DNA of 64,000 nucleotides, taken from contig JAUNGN010000011.1 of the NCBI GenBank assembly GCA_030524425.1, positions 1,321 through 65,320 on the forward strand, read 5' to 3'. Below the pieces are notes generated by a model. It had not been told where the DNA came from. It was given only the letters and a program-made list of their open reading frames with translations, and did not search any database. The stretch comes from Clostridia bacterium (GTDB lineage Bacteria; Bacillota; Clostridia; Lachnospirales; CAG-274). The translations under genes were made by a program, and so were the position numbers. Within the stretch, counting starts at the first letter, position 1. Each line of letters begins with the position of its first letter. Below, piece after piece: positions 19,327-27,704 of the stretch.

Positions 19327-20559
19327 TTATACATTAAGATGTTTTCTTATTGAGCTTATACTGCCTATTGCACCGATAAGCATACCTACTATAAGAGCAA
19401 CAGGTATTATTACGGTGAAAATATCCATTGCAGGCTTAAGCTGACCCACAACTTTTAAAATTGTGTATTCTGAATTAAAAAAGTTGTAAAGTTTAATATA
19501 ACCAAGGGTGCAAAGTACTGATGGAATAATTGCACCAATAAGACCTATAATTACACCTTCAATAATAAACGGCCATCTTATGAACCAATCGGTAGCACCT
19601 ACATATTTCATTATATTTATTTCATTTTTGCGAATGAAAACCGTAAGTTTAATTGTATTCATAATAATACCTATTGAAACAATACTGAGTATTGCAACCA
19701 GCACAACAGAAACAAGTTTAAAGGCTGTATCCATAGTAATAAGCGTATCTGTAAGCTGCTGGGCATGGCTTATAAGTTCGATACCCTGAAACTGGTAATC
19801 GGCATCACCTAATGCTGCTTCGCCTGTGTCCGCAGCAGTTTCAGGCTGAGATATAACCTCCGGAGTAGGTTCTGCTGTTTTAGCCTGATTAGCCGGGTCT
19901 GCAGCCTGAGAGTCCTTGGCGCTTGAGTTAATTACAGCTTGTGTTGCAGGAGCTGCAGATGCAGGCTCTGCATATGCTATGTCAGTAAACAGACCTGCAT
20001 TGTTCCGGGTTGTTTGCTGAGTTCCTGCATTAGTCTGAGGCTGAGCATTTGGCTGTTCCTGTGCATTGTCTGTATCAGGAGTATCTGCCTGACTTATGCC
20101 TAAAATCTGTTCTTCAAAGTCCCATTGAAGCTGTTCTGCCTTTTGTATAAAGCTTTTCTGATATTTAATATCCTTAAGCTTTATCTCAAGGGAACGGGGA
20201 AGAGGGTTATCCTCTCTAAGACCGTCTAAAAGGTCTGTTGAATACATTCTCTTGGCGTCTTCAAGGGCATCGTCTGAGGACTTAAATGTTACTGAGCTTA
20301 CCTCAGGCATATTTTCTATCTGACTTATTAAAGCGTTAACATCTTCTTCGTTCGGTTTTTCGCCCAAGAAAAGGGTTACACCTATGTCGGATTCAATCTG
20401 AGTAAGAATATAATCAACATTTGTAATTATACAAAGTGAAAGTATAACAATAAATATACAGGCACTTACAATGACAATGGAGGCAAAGCTCATAAGACCG
20501 TTTTTGAATATACCCCTTAAGCCCTGATTAATATAATATTTCCATGTTCTCAGCTTCAT
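19327..20559 (-). CDS. ftsX: Cell-division ABC-type permease-like protein FtsX, with an inserted low-complexity segment
   Basis: I prefer start [21 protein letters not shown] at ATG 20559. It has TM1, an ectodomain and three C-terminal TMs, with IMKYVGATDWFIRWPF. A ~100-aa Q/A/P/T-rich insertion maps to 19798-20097. Confidence 0.88.
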   Translation of the reverse strand: MKLRTWKYYINQGLRGIFKNGLMSFASIVIVSACIFIVILSLCIITNVDYILTQIESDIGVTLFLGEKPNEEDVNALISQIENMPEVSSVTFKSSDDALEDAKRMYSTDLLDGLREDNPLPRSLEIKLKDIKYQKSFIQKAEQLQWDFEEQILGISQADTPDTDNAQEQPNAQPQTNAGTQQTTRNNAGLFTDIAYAEPASAAPATQAVINSSAKDSQAADPANQAKTAEPTPEVISQPETAADTGEAALGDADYQFQGIELISHAQQLTDTLITMDTAFKLVSVVLVAILSIVSIGIIMNTIKLTVFIRKNEINIMKYVGATDWFIRWPFIIEGVIIGLIGAIIPSVLCTLGYIKLYNFFNSEYTILKVVGQLKPAMDIFTVIIPVALIVGMLIGAIGSISSIRKHLNV

Positions 20560-21235
20560 CGCTGTATCCACCACCTTTGACATCTCTAAGTACAACGCCC
20601 TTATTAATTGCAACTACTCTCTTTTGCATTTTATCTACAATATCTTTGGCGTGTGTGGAAATTACAACAGTAGTACCGTTTCTGTTGATTTCCTGAATCA
20701 AGTCCATGATTTCCCATGCCGTATCAGGGTCAAGATTACCTGTAGGCTCATCTGCAAGGAGAATCGGCGGCCTGTTAATAATAGCTCTGGCAAGGGCAAC
20801 TCTCTGCTGCTCTCCGCCTGAAAGCTGGTTAGGGTAGGCGTTAATTTTTTTTGCAAGACCTACCATTGCTAAAATCTGAGGTACATTTCTTCTTATAATC
20901 TTAGGATTTGTTTCAACTACCTGCATTGCAAAAGCAACATTTTCATATACTGTCTTTGAAGGCAATAAACGAAAATCCTGAAACACAACACCTATCTTTC
21001 TTCTGAGGTAAGGTATCTGACGTCTTTTTAGTGTGGTTATGTCCGTACCGTTTACGATAATATTACCGTCAGTTGGTTCAACTTCCTTAAGTAAAAGACG
21101 TATAAAAGTTGACTTGCCTGAACCTGAGGAGCCTACAACAAATACAAATTCTCCTCTGTTTATTTGTAAATTCAAATCACGCAAGCCTACAGCACCGTTT
21201 TCATAGACCTTTGTGACATTCTCCATTTTTATCAT
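20528..21235 (-). CDS. ftsE: Cell-division ATP-binding protein FtsE
   Basis: Walker [10 protein letters not shown], signature LSGGEQQR and Walker B ILLADEP. About 230 aa, upstream of ftsX. Confidence 0.93.
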   Translation of the reverse strand: MIKMENVTKVYENGAVGLRDLNLQINRGEFVFVVGSSGSGKSTFIRLLLKEVEPTDGNIIVNGTDITTLKRRQIPYLRRKIGVVFQDFRLLPSKTVYENVAFAMQVVETNPKIIRRNVPQILAMVGLAKKINAYPNQLSGGEQQRVALARAIINRPPILLADEPTGNLDPDTAWEIMDLIQEINRNGTTVVISTHAKDIVDKMQKRVVAINKGVVLRDVKGGGYSDEAENMEILY

Positions 21236-21322
21236 AGAGATAAAACTTCCTTTCGTATTTGAAAACCTATGTTAATGAATAACACTGCAGTTTAACAGGT
21301 GTTTAACCTAAATGTTGTTTCA

Positions 21323-22420
21323 TCAGTACATATAGTTTTCTCTGTAGTTAAGATACTTGCTGACCATAAGCATAATTTTGAATATAATTGCATCATCAAA
21401 ATTTCTGAGGTCAAGACCTGTCATCTTTTCAAGCTTGTCAAGTCTGTACACAAGGGTATTTCTGTGTATGTAGAGCTGACGTGAGGTTTCTGATACGTTA
21501 AGATTATTTTCAAAAAATTTGTTAACTGTAGTAAGAGTTTCCTCATCAAACTGCTCTATTGAAATACCATGGAGCACTTCATTGACAAACATTTTACACA
21601 ATGAACCGTCAAGCTGATAAATAAGTCTTCCTATGCCTAACTGTTCATAATTTACAACATTTTTGTTTTCCTCAAATATTTTACCTACCTCAAGGGCAAG
21701 CTTTGCTTCCTTATAGGATAAAGATACATTTTTAAGGTCATTGACTGCTGTACCTATTGATACATATATGCTTGTCATTGCCTCTGCTGTAAGGGTATCG
21801 TATATGCTCTTTGCAATTGCCTCAATTTCTTCCTTGCCGTCTTTTTCCTTTAATTCTTTAACAAGAATAATGCTTCTTTCATCAACAGCCGTGACAAAAT
21901 CTCTCTGCTTAGTAGGGAAAATACTTCTTACAATTTCAACAACATTAAGGTCCTTGTCAATTTCTGTTTCTATGAGATAAACTATTCTTCTTACTGAATT
22001 TTCAATATGGAGCTTCTTTGCTCTTGAATAAATATCAACAAGGAGAAGATTATCAAGGAGTAAATTTTTGATAAAGTTATCTCTATCATATCTTTCCTTG
22101 TAAGCTACAAGAAGATTTTGTATCTGGAAAGCTGTCATTTTGCCGATACGGTAGGTTTCTTCATCGTCGCCTTTAATAATAACAATGTATTCTGCTGAAC
22201 CGTTGTCAAATACCTTAAAATACTGATATCCCTGTACAAGCTGATTTTCAGCAGGACTGGCTATAAATATATCGGCACTGTCTATGGTGGCATTAACCAT
22301 TTCTTCCTCTGTTGTAGCTACAATTTTACCTTCTCTTTCAGCAACACTTAATTCACGTCTTGTAATGTTTTTAAGACCGTCAATAGTGCTCTGTAAAATT
22401 TGATTTGAAATCATCCCCAT
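21323..22420 (-). CDS. PucR/CdaR-family transcriptional regulator
   Basis: C-terminal PucR-type HTH (NVSETSRQLYIHRNTLVYRLDKLEKMTGLDLR). 365 aa, with an uncharacterised N-terminal sensor region. Confidence 0.8.
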   Translation of the reverse strand: MGMISNQILQSTIDGLKNITRRELSVAEREGKIVATTEEEMVNATIDSADIFIASPAENQLVQGYQYFKVFDNGSAEYIVIIKGDDEETYRIGKMTAFQIQNLLVAYKERYDRDNFIKNLLLDNLLLVDIYSRAKKLHIENSVRRIVYLIETEIDKDLNVVEIVRSIFPTKQRDFVTAVDERSIILVKELKEKDGKEEIEAIAKSIYDTLTAEAMTSIYVSIGTAVNDLKNVSLSYKEAKLALEVGKIFEENKNVVNYEQLGIGRLIYQLDGSLCKMFVNEVLHGISIEQFDEETLTTVNKFFENNLNVSETSRQLYIHRNTLVYRLDKLEKMTGLDLRNFDDAIIFKIMLMVSKYLNYRENYMY

Positions 22421-22484
22421 ATTCCTCCTTTAATATATAAGTAAACTGATATGTCCGCTTAGGCAGGCACTGCATAGAATAACT

Positions 22485-22588
22485 AAAAGTCCTCTGAGGC
22501 TTGCTGTGCACCCCTGAAATTGCTTGCTGTTTACTGATTAACAGGACAATCAAGCCTGCAATTCGGTCATCTGACGGACAGGACTTTT
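22485..22588 (-). ncRNA. Unassigned structured RNA element (long imperfect hairpin); a cis-regulatory leader of the PucR-family gene or a small RNA; strand uncertain
   Basis: 9-bp closing helix AAAAGTCCT (22485-22493) / AGGACTTTT (22580-22588). Inner helices are AGGCTTG/CAAGCCT, ATTG/CAAT and an apical CTGTT/AACAG. The segment is locally GC-richer than its flanks. On the minus strand, TTGTTA(22636-22631)-17-TATATT(22613-22608) lies just upstream. Confidence 0.35.
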
Positions 22589-22756
22589 ATAGTAGAATAC
22601 AAATTGCAATATACACCTTATTATATTTTATAACAAATTCACTAAAAAATAAAGAGAAATCCTAAAAAAAATTCCGAAATTTGTGAAATTTTAATCTCTT
22701 TTTAATATTTTGTAAAGAAATTTTAATATGGGATGTGGTACATTTCATATAAAATA

Positions 22757-22765
22757 TGGTATAAT
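22757..22765 (+). promoter_or_regulatory. Extended -10 promoter element for zapA
   Basis: TGGTATAAT lies about 55 nt upstream of the zapA start. Confidence 0.5.
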
Positions 22766-22820
22766 CATAAATATAAATTAAAAATAATTACTTACATAGA
22801 TAAAAGCTGGAGGGATTAAA

Positions 22821-23771
22821 ATGGCAGATGCTAAGAAAAAAATAGAGGTTGTAATCGGAGGCAGGACTTATAACCTTGCAGGTATGGAAAGTGAAGGTTA
22901 TATTGAAATGGTAGCTAAATATCTTGACAGCAAGCTTAATGAGTTAAAGGCCAAGTCTTCACCCAATATTGTATATGATGAGTCCTTTCCTATTATACTT
23001 GCTCTTAATATTGCCGATGATTTGTTTAAGGAGAAGGAAAATAAGGCTAATACAAGCACCATAATCACAAAAGATAATGAGAACAGCGTGGCTGCAGAGC
23101 TTTCAGAGAGATTAAATGAGCAGATCAGGGATATGACCGAGCTTAAAAATCAATATAGTATTAAGGTAAATGATTATAACCTGCTTCTTGACCAGTTTGA
23201 AGCCAAGAGCAAAGAGGTTGACGGTTTAAAAACAACTGTTGTTAACAGTGAGGATATGATTGAAAAACTTAAAAGAAAGGCAGATATGCTTCAGGGGGAT
23301 GTTACGGAGTTAAATGGTAAAGTGGATGAGAAATCACAGTACATAACTGATTTAAATGCTAAAATAAACGGAAAAAATCAGGAGCTTAATGCTCTCAGCA
23401 AAAAACTGAATGAAAAGAATATTGCCCTTAATGAATTAAATCAGAAGGCGGCTGAAAGAAATATTAAACTTAATACCGTAAATAAGGAAAGGGACGAGCT
23501 TGCCGTTAAACTTAAGGCTGCCAACAATACTATAAAATCCCTTGAAAGCACCGTAAATAAACTTACCAATGAAAATAAAAACCTTACCAATGACAAAGAA
23601 AACCTTATTAAGGATGTTGCATCTGTTAAGGATCAGTTTGATATGTTTAAAAGCAGTCTTGACGTTAATAATGAAAACCAGCTTAAAGCTGCCTTTGCAA
23701 AGGTCAAGGCTGAAAATATTGAGCTTATGAGAAAAATTGAAAGTTTGGAAACAAAGCTTGTAAATAAATAA
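22821..23771 (+). CDS. zapA: ZapA-domain cell-division protein with a long C-terminal coiled coil
   Basis: N-terminus KIEVVIGGRTYNLAGMESEGYIEMVAKYLDSKLNEL fits the ZapA fold signature. Residues ~95-316 are heptad-rich (LNGKVDEKSQYITDLNAKINGKNQELNALSKKLNEKN...). RBS is GGAGGG. Confidence 0.8.
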   Translation: MADAKKKIEVVIGGRTYNLAGMESEGYIEMVAKYLDSKLNELKAKSSPNIVYDESFPIILALNIADDLFKEKENKANTSTIITKDNENSVAAELSERLNEQIRDMTELKNQYSIKVNDYNLLLDQFEAKSKEVDGLKTTVVNSEDMIEKLKRKADMLQGDVTELNGKVDEKSQYITDLNAKINGKNQELNALSKKLNEKNIALNELNQKAAERNIKLNTVNKERDELAVKLKAANNTIKSLESTVNKLTNENKNLTNDKENLIKDVASVKDQFDMFKSSLDVNNENQLKAAFAKVKAENIELMRKIESLETKLVNK

Positions 23772-23783
23772 AGGTGATTTATT

Positions 23784-26117
23784 ATGAAAAAACCGGAAAT
23801 TTTAGCCCCAGCCGGCACAATTGAAAGTGTTACAGCTGCCATTAACGGCGGCTGTGATGCCATATATATAGGCGGAAAAGCTTTTAATGCCCGCCAATAT
23901 GCGTCAAACCCCTCTGATGATGAGCTGAAGGATATTATAGGTATCTGCCATTTAAGAGGGGTTAAGGTGTTTATTACGCTTAATATTTTATATAAGGAAA
24001 ATGAAATTCAGGAGGTTTTGGATTTTGTTAAAACCGTATATGATTTTGGTGCAGATGGTCTTATAATACAGGACATAGGTATGTTTTCTCTTGTGAAAGA
24101 GTATTTTCCCAATATTGTAAAGAGCGGTTCAACACAAATGTCAATACACAATGCCGAAGGTATTAAGTTACTGTCAGAGCTTGGATACGGCAGGGTTGTA
24201 CTTGCAAGAGAGCTGAGTTTAAAAGAGGTTTGTGAAATCAATAAAATAAAGGGCGATACGGAAATTGAAGCCTTTGCTCACGGTGCTCTTTGTGTTTGCT
24301 ACAGCGGCCGTTGTCTGATGAGCAGTATTATTGGTCAAAGAAGCGGTAACAGAGGGCGTTGTGCTCAGCCCTGCAGAATGGACTATACTTTTATTAAAGA
24401 TAATAAGGTTATAAAAAAAGGCTGTCTTATTTCTCCAAAGGATATATCAACTGTTGAAATTATAGATAAAATTGTCTGCAGCGGTGTGGACAGTTTAAAA
24501 ATAGAGGGAAGAATGAAAAGTCCTGAGTATGTTTATGAGGTTGTGTCACAGTACAGAAAATATATAGATGAAGCCTGTAATAATAAGCTGTGTATAGAGG
24601 ATAAGGATATTAAGGAGCTTACTCAGATTTTTAACAGAGGGGGTTCTTCCTCCAACGGCTATTACAATTGCTATTCAGGTCAGTCCATGATTAGTCATTC
24701 GCCTAAAAGCAGCGGACTTGAAATAGGCAGGGTTGTTGACTGCAATGTCAGAAAAAAACAGTGTAAAATAAAACTGTATGAGTCTGTTACGGCAGGTGAC
24801 GGCATAGAAATATGGGCTAAAAATCATGTGGGTACAGGCATTAATAAAAATGCAGATGCAGGCAGTATAATCACTGTTAATATTGAAGGAAAGATTAATA
24901 AGGGTGACAGGGTTTTTAAATCCTATGACAAGGCTTTAAATGATAGACTAAAAAAGACTTATCGTAAAATTACAAGAAAATTAAGAGTAAGGGTTAAAGC
25001 TAAGGTCGATGCCGATGAAAGTTATATTGAATTTATAGATTATAATTTAAAGGTCATGGGGCAAAGGGCTGAAACAGCGCAAAATAAACCTATGACAGAG
25101 GAAAGTATAATTTCAAGGCTTTCAAAAACAGGAGATACGCCTTTTGATTTTGAATTTATGGACTGTATGGCGGGAGATAATATTTATATATCAATTTCGG
25201 CTCTTAATACTTTAAGACGTGATGCCTGTGATTTGCTTGAAAGGCATATTATTAAAAGTTATGAAAGAAAGAGTGAAAGGGTAATATATAAAAGTGACTG
25301 CTTTAAAAAGGCCGAAAAAATTGCAGTAACTGCAAAAGTAAGAACCTTTGACCAGCTTAAGGCATGTATTGACGGCGGAGTTAAGAGAATATACTGTGAG
25401 CTTGCATTAGATACGGATAAGGCTTATAAAATGTGTAAGGATAAGGGTATTGAAATGTATATTGCATTGCCTTATATTGCAAGAGGAGGCTATCAGCCTG
25501 TTATTGACAAACATAATAACTGTGACGGTTATTTAATGAGGAGCTGCAGCAAGATAAATACAGATAAGCCCATTATATCAGATTACAGTCTTAACATTAT
25601 GAACAGACCTGCCATAAATAAAATCAGGCAGATTTTTAAGGGTGGGACTGTTACATTATCTCCAGAGTTAAATACTAAGGAGATTACGCAAATTGCGGAT
25701 ATGGATTGTGAAATTGTTGTATATGGCAGATTGCCTTTAATGACCACCCATCAGTGTCCTGCAGGACTTTATGAAGGTGAAAAGGGCAGTAAGAAATATT
25801 GTAAGCTCAGGGATAAAACTGCGGAATATAAGCTTGTTGACAGGACTAAGGCAGAATTTCCCGTAATAAGGGATTGTAATGAGTGTATTGCCCTTATACT
25901 GAATTCAGCTCCTGTTTATGTTATAAACAGGTCGGAAGAAATATTAAAAACAGGTGCGGGGTTTATGCGTATGGAATTTACCGTTGAAGAATATGATGAA
26001 ACATTGGCCGTTGTTAAGGAACATATTGACATTATAGAAAAGGGAATGAAGCCATCAGGTGTTAAGGTTATCAAGGGGGAAGCAACAGGTGGTCATTTCA
26101 ACAGAGGAGTGCTTTAA
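23784..26117 (+). CDS. U32-family peptidase-like protein (long form)
   Basis: Begins MKKPEILAPAGTIESVTAAINGGCDAIYIGG and contains EAFAHGALCVCYSGRCLMS...GNRGRCAQPCR, the U32 signature. 777 aa. Confidence 0.88.
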   Translation: MKKPEILAPAGTIESVTAAINGGCDAIYIGGKAFNARQYASNPSDDELKDIIGICHLRGVKVFITLNILYKENEIQEVLDFVKTVYDFGADGLIIQDIGMFSLVKEYFPNIVKSGSTQMSIHNAEGIKLLSELGYGRVVLARELSLKEVCEINKIKGDTEIEAFAHGALCVCYSGRCLMSSIIGQRSGNRGRCAQPCRMDYTFIKDNKVIKKGCLISPKDISTVEIIDKIVCSGVDSLKIEGRMKSPEYVYEVVSQYRKYIDEACNNKLCIEDKDIKELTQIFNRGGSSSNGYYNCYSGQSMISHSPKSSGLEIGRVVDCNVRKKQCKIKLYESVTAGDGIEIWAKNHVGTGINKNADAGSIITVNIEGKINKGDRVFKSYDKALNDRLKKTYRKITRKLRVRVKAKVDADESYIEFIDYNLKVMGQRAETAQNKPMTEESIISRLSKTGDTPFDFEFMDCMAGDNIYISISALNTLRRDACDLLERHIIKSYERKSERVIYKSDCFKKAEKIAVTAKVRTFDQLKACIDGGVKRIYCELALDTDKAYKMCKDKGIEMYIALPYIARGGYQPVIDKHNNCDGYLMRSCSKINTDKPIISDYSLNIMNRPAINKIRQIFKGGTVTLSPELNTKEITQIADMDCEIVVYGRLPLMTTHQCPAGLYEGEKGSKKYCKLRDKTAEYKLVDRTKAEFPVIRDCNECIALILNSAPVYVINRSEEILKTGAGFMRMEFTVEEYDETLAVVKEHIDIIEKGMKPSGVKVIKGEATGGHFNRGVL

Positions 26118-27704
26118 ATGATTGATTTGTATATTATTATTTCGAAATATCTTTTTATATTGTATATTGCAGGATTTGTATTCTGCGGATTTATGATTAA
26201 CCTTAAAAGACAGAATATGGCGGGGTTTAATATAGCTTCAGGTCTGAGCAATCAGAGAATATGCATAATACTTTTTCATATTACAGCAAGTGTAATACTT
26301 ATTTCAGCTGCTGTTGAGTATGAAATGCAGCCTGTTATTGTTTATTGTACAATCGGATTTTTACTTATTATTGGCGGTAATATTCTGACTGCCAGGCTTT
26401 ATCCTGAAGGAAGTCATCTGCTTTATAACTGCGTGTTCTTCCTTATGGATATTGGTCTTATGATGCTTTACAGGCTTAATACGGATCTTGCAAATAAGCA
26501 GCTTATATGGAATGCCATAGGTATAGTAATGATGCTTGCTATGCCTAAAATCCTTGTGGTTATGCCCCGCCTTGATAAATTTAAGGTGTTTTATATTATA
26601 GGTGCTTTTGTATTGTTAATTGTTACTTTAATATTCGGTTCTTCTTCGGGAGGCTCAAAAAACTGGATTGAAATAGGTCCTGTAGGCTTTCAGCCGTCAG
26701 AAATAATTAAGGTGTTTTTTGTGTTTTATTTAGCATCAGCCCTTGCGGGAAGGCCCAAGCTAAGGGAATTAATATTGCCCGCTGTTTTAAGCGGTTTAAT
26801 AGTTCTGATATTGGTTGGCGGTCAGAAGGACTTAGGTTCTGCTCTTATTTTTTATATGACATTTCTTGTTGTTTTGTTTATTGCAACCTCAAATTATTTT
26901 TATTTATTGGGAGGTCTTGCTTTTATAAGCGTTGCTTCTGCTGCCTCATATAAGCTTTTCAGTCATATCAGGATAAGAGTTGAAGCATGGCAGAATCCAT
27001 GGCTTGATGTACAGGACACAGGATATCAGATAGCACAGTCACTATTTGCCATTTGTACATGGGGTGTTACAGGCATAGGATTTACAAGAGGGTATGCCAA
27101 TGTTATACCTGTTGTTGAAAGGGACTTTATATTTGCGGCTATATGTGAGGAGTTTGGCGTAATATTTGCTGTGGGACTTATACTTATATTTATGCTCATA
27201 CTTCTTGAGGGTGCAAGAGGTGCTATTGAAAATAATAACAGATTTCTAAGTCTTGTTTGTGCAGGCTTTACTGCTCTTATTGCTTTCCAGTCCTTTCTGA
27301 TTATTGGCGGTGTTATTAAGTTTATACCTCTTACGGGAGTAACTCTCCCCTTTGTAAGTTATGGCGGTACTTCAATTGTAATGAGCTACATAATTATTGC
27401 AGTAATGCAATGGATTATAATGCGTAATACGGAATATACTACAGACAAGGCAGAAGAGGATATTCACAGAAGGGTAAGACAGCCTCAAACAGGAAAGCAG
27501 GCAAAAATGATAAAGGACGATACTGTTAAAAAGCCTTCTGTAAAAACTTCATCAGCAAGGAGTGTATCGGTTAAAAGAGGGAAAAATAATTCTCAGAGAC
27601 CTGCTTCTTTTGAAAGACCTGCCGTAAGAAGTACCGGGAGAAAAACTCCGCCTGATGTAAACGGCAGACCTGAAAGCTACAACAGAAAAAGGAGGGAACA
27701 TTAA
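26118..27704 (+). CDS. SEDS-family peptidoglycan polymerase (FtsW/RodA/SpoVE) with N- and C-terminal extensions
   Basis: Core motifs GSKNWIEIGPVGFQPSEIIK and LPFVSYGGTSIV. An extra ~100-aa N-terminal membrane segment and a ~90-aa basic C-terminal tail (RRVRQPQTGKQAKM...NRKRREH) are present. It overlaps the PBP start. Confidence 0.88.
   Translation: MIDLYIIISKYLFILYIAGFVFCGFMINLKRQNMAGFNIASGLSNQRICIILFHITASVILISAAVEYEMQPVIVYCTIGFLLIIGGNILTARLYPEGSHLLYNCVFFLMDIGLMMLYRLNTDLANKQLIWNAIGIVMMLAMPKILVVMPRLDKFKVFYIIGAFVLLIVTLIFGSSSGGSKNWIEIGPVGFQPSEIIKVFFVFYLASALAGRPKLRELILPAVLSGLIVLILVGGQKDLGSALIFYMTFLVVLFIATSNYFYLLGGLAFISVASAASYKLFSHIRIRVEAWQNPWLDVQDTGYQIAQSLFAICTWGVTGIGFTRGYANVIPVVERDFIFAAICEEFGVIFAVGLILIFMLILLEGARGAIENNNRFLSLVCAGFTALIAFQSFLIIGGVIKFIPLTGVTLPFVSYGGTSIVMSYIIIAVMQWIIMRNTEYTTDKAEEDIHRRVRQPQTGKQAKMIKDDTVKKPSVKTSSARSVSVKRGKNNSQRPASFERPAVRSTGRKTPPDVNGRPESYNRKRREH

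Noticed and set aside
22485-22588. Calling the structured element a 6S RNA (ssrS), based on AAAGUCCUG.../...GGACUUU-like termini and proximity to zapA.
   Set aside because: The hairpin is only ~104 nt, about half the length of known 6S RNAs. I cannot extend the closing stem outward. The similarity rests on my memory of the B. subtilis 6S-1 ends. It is kept only as an unassigned RNA candidate.
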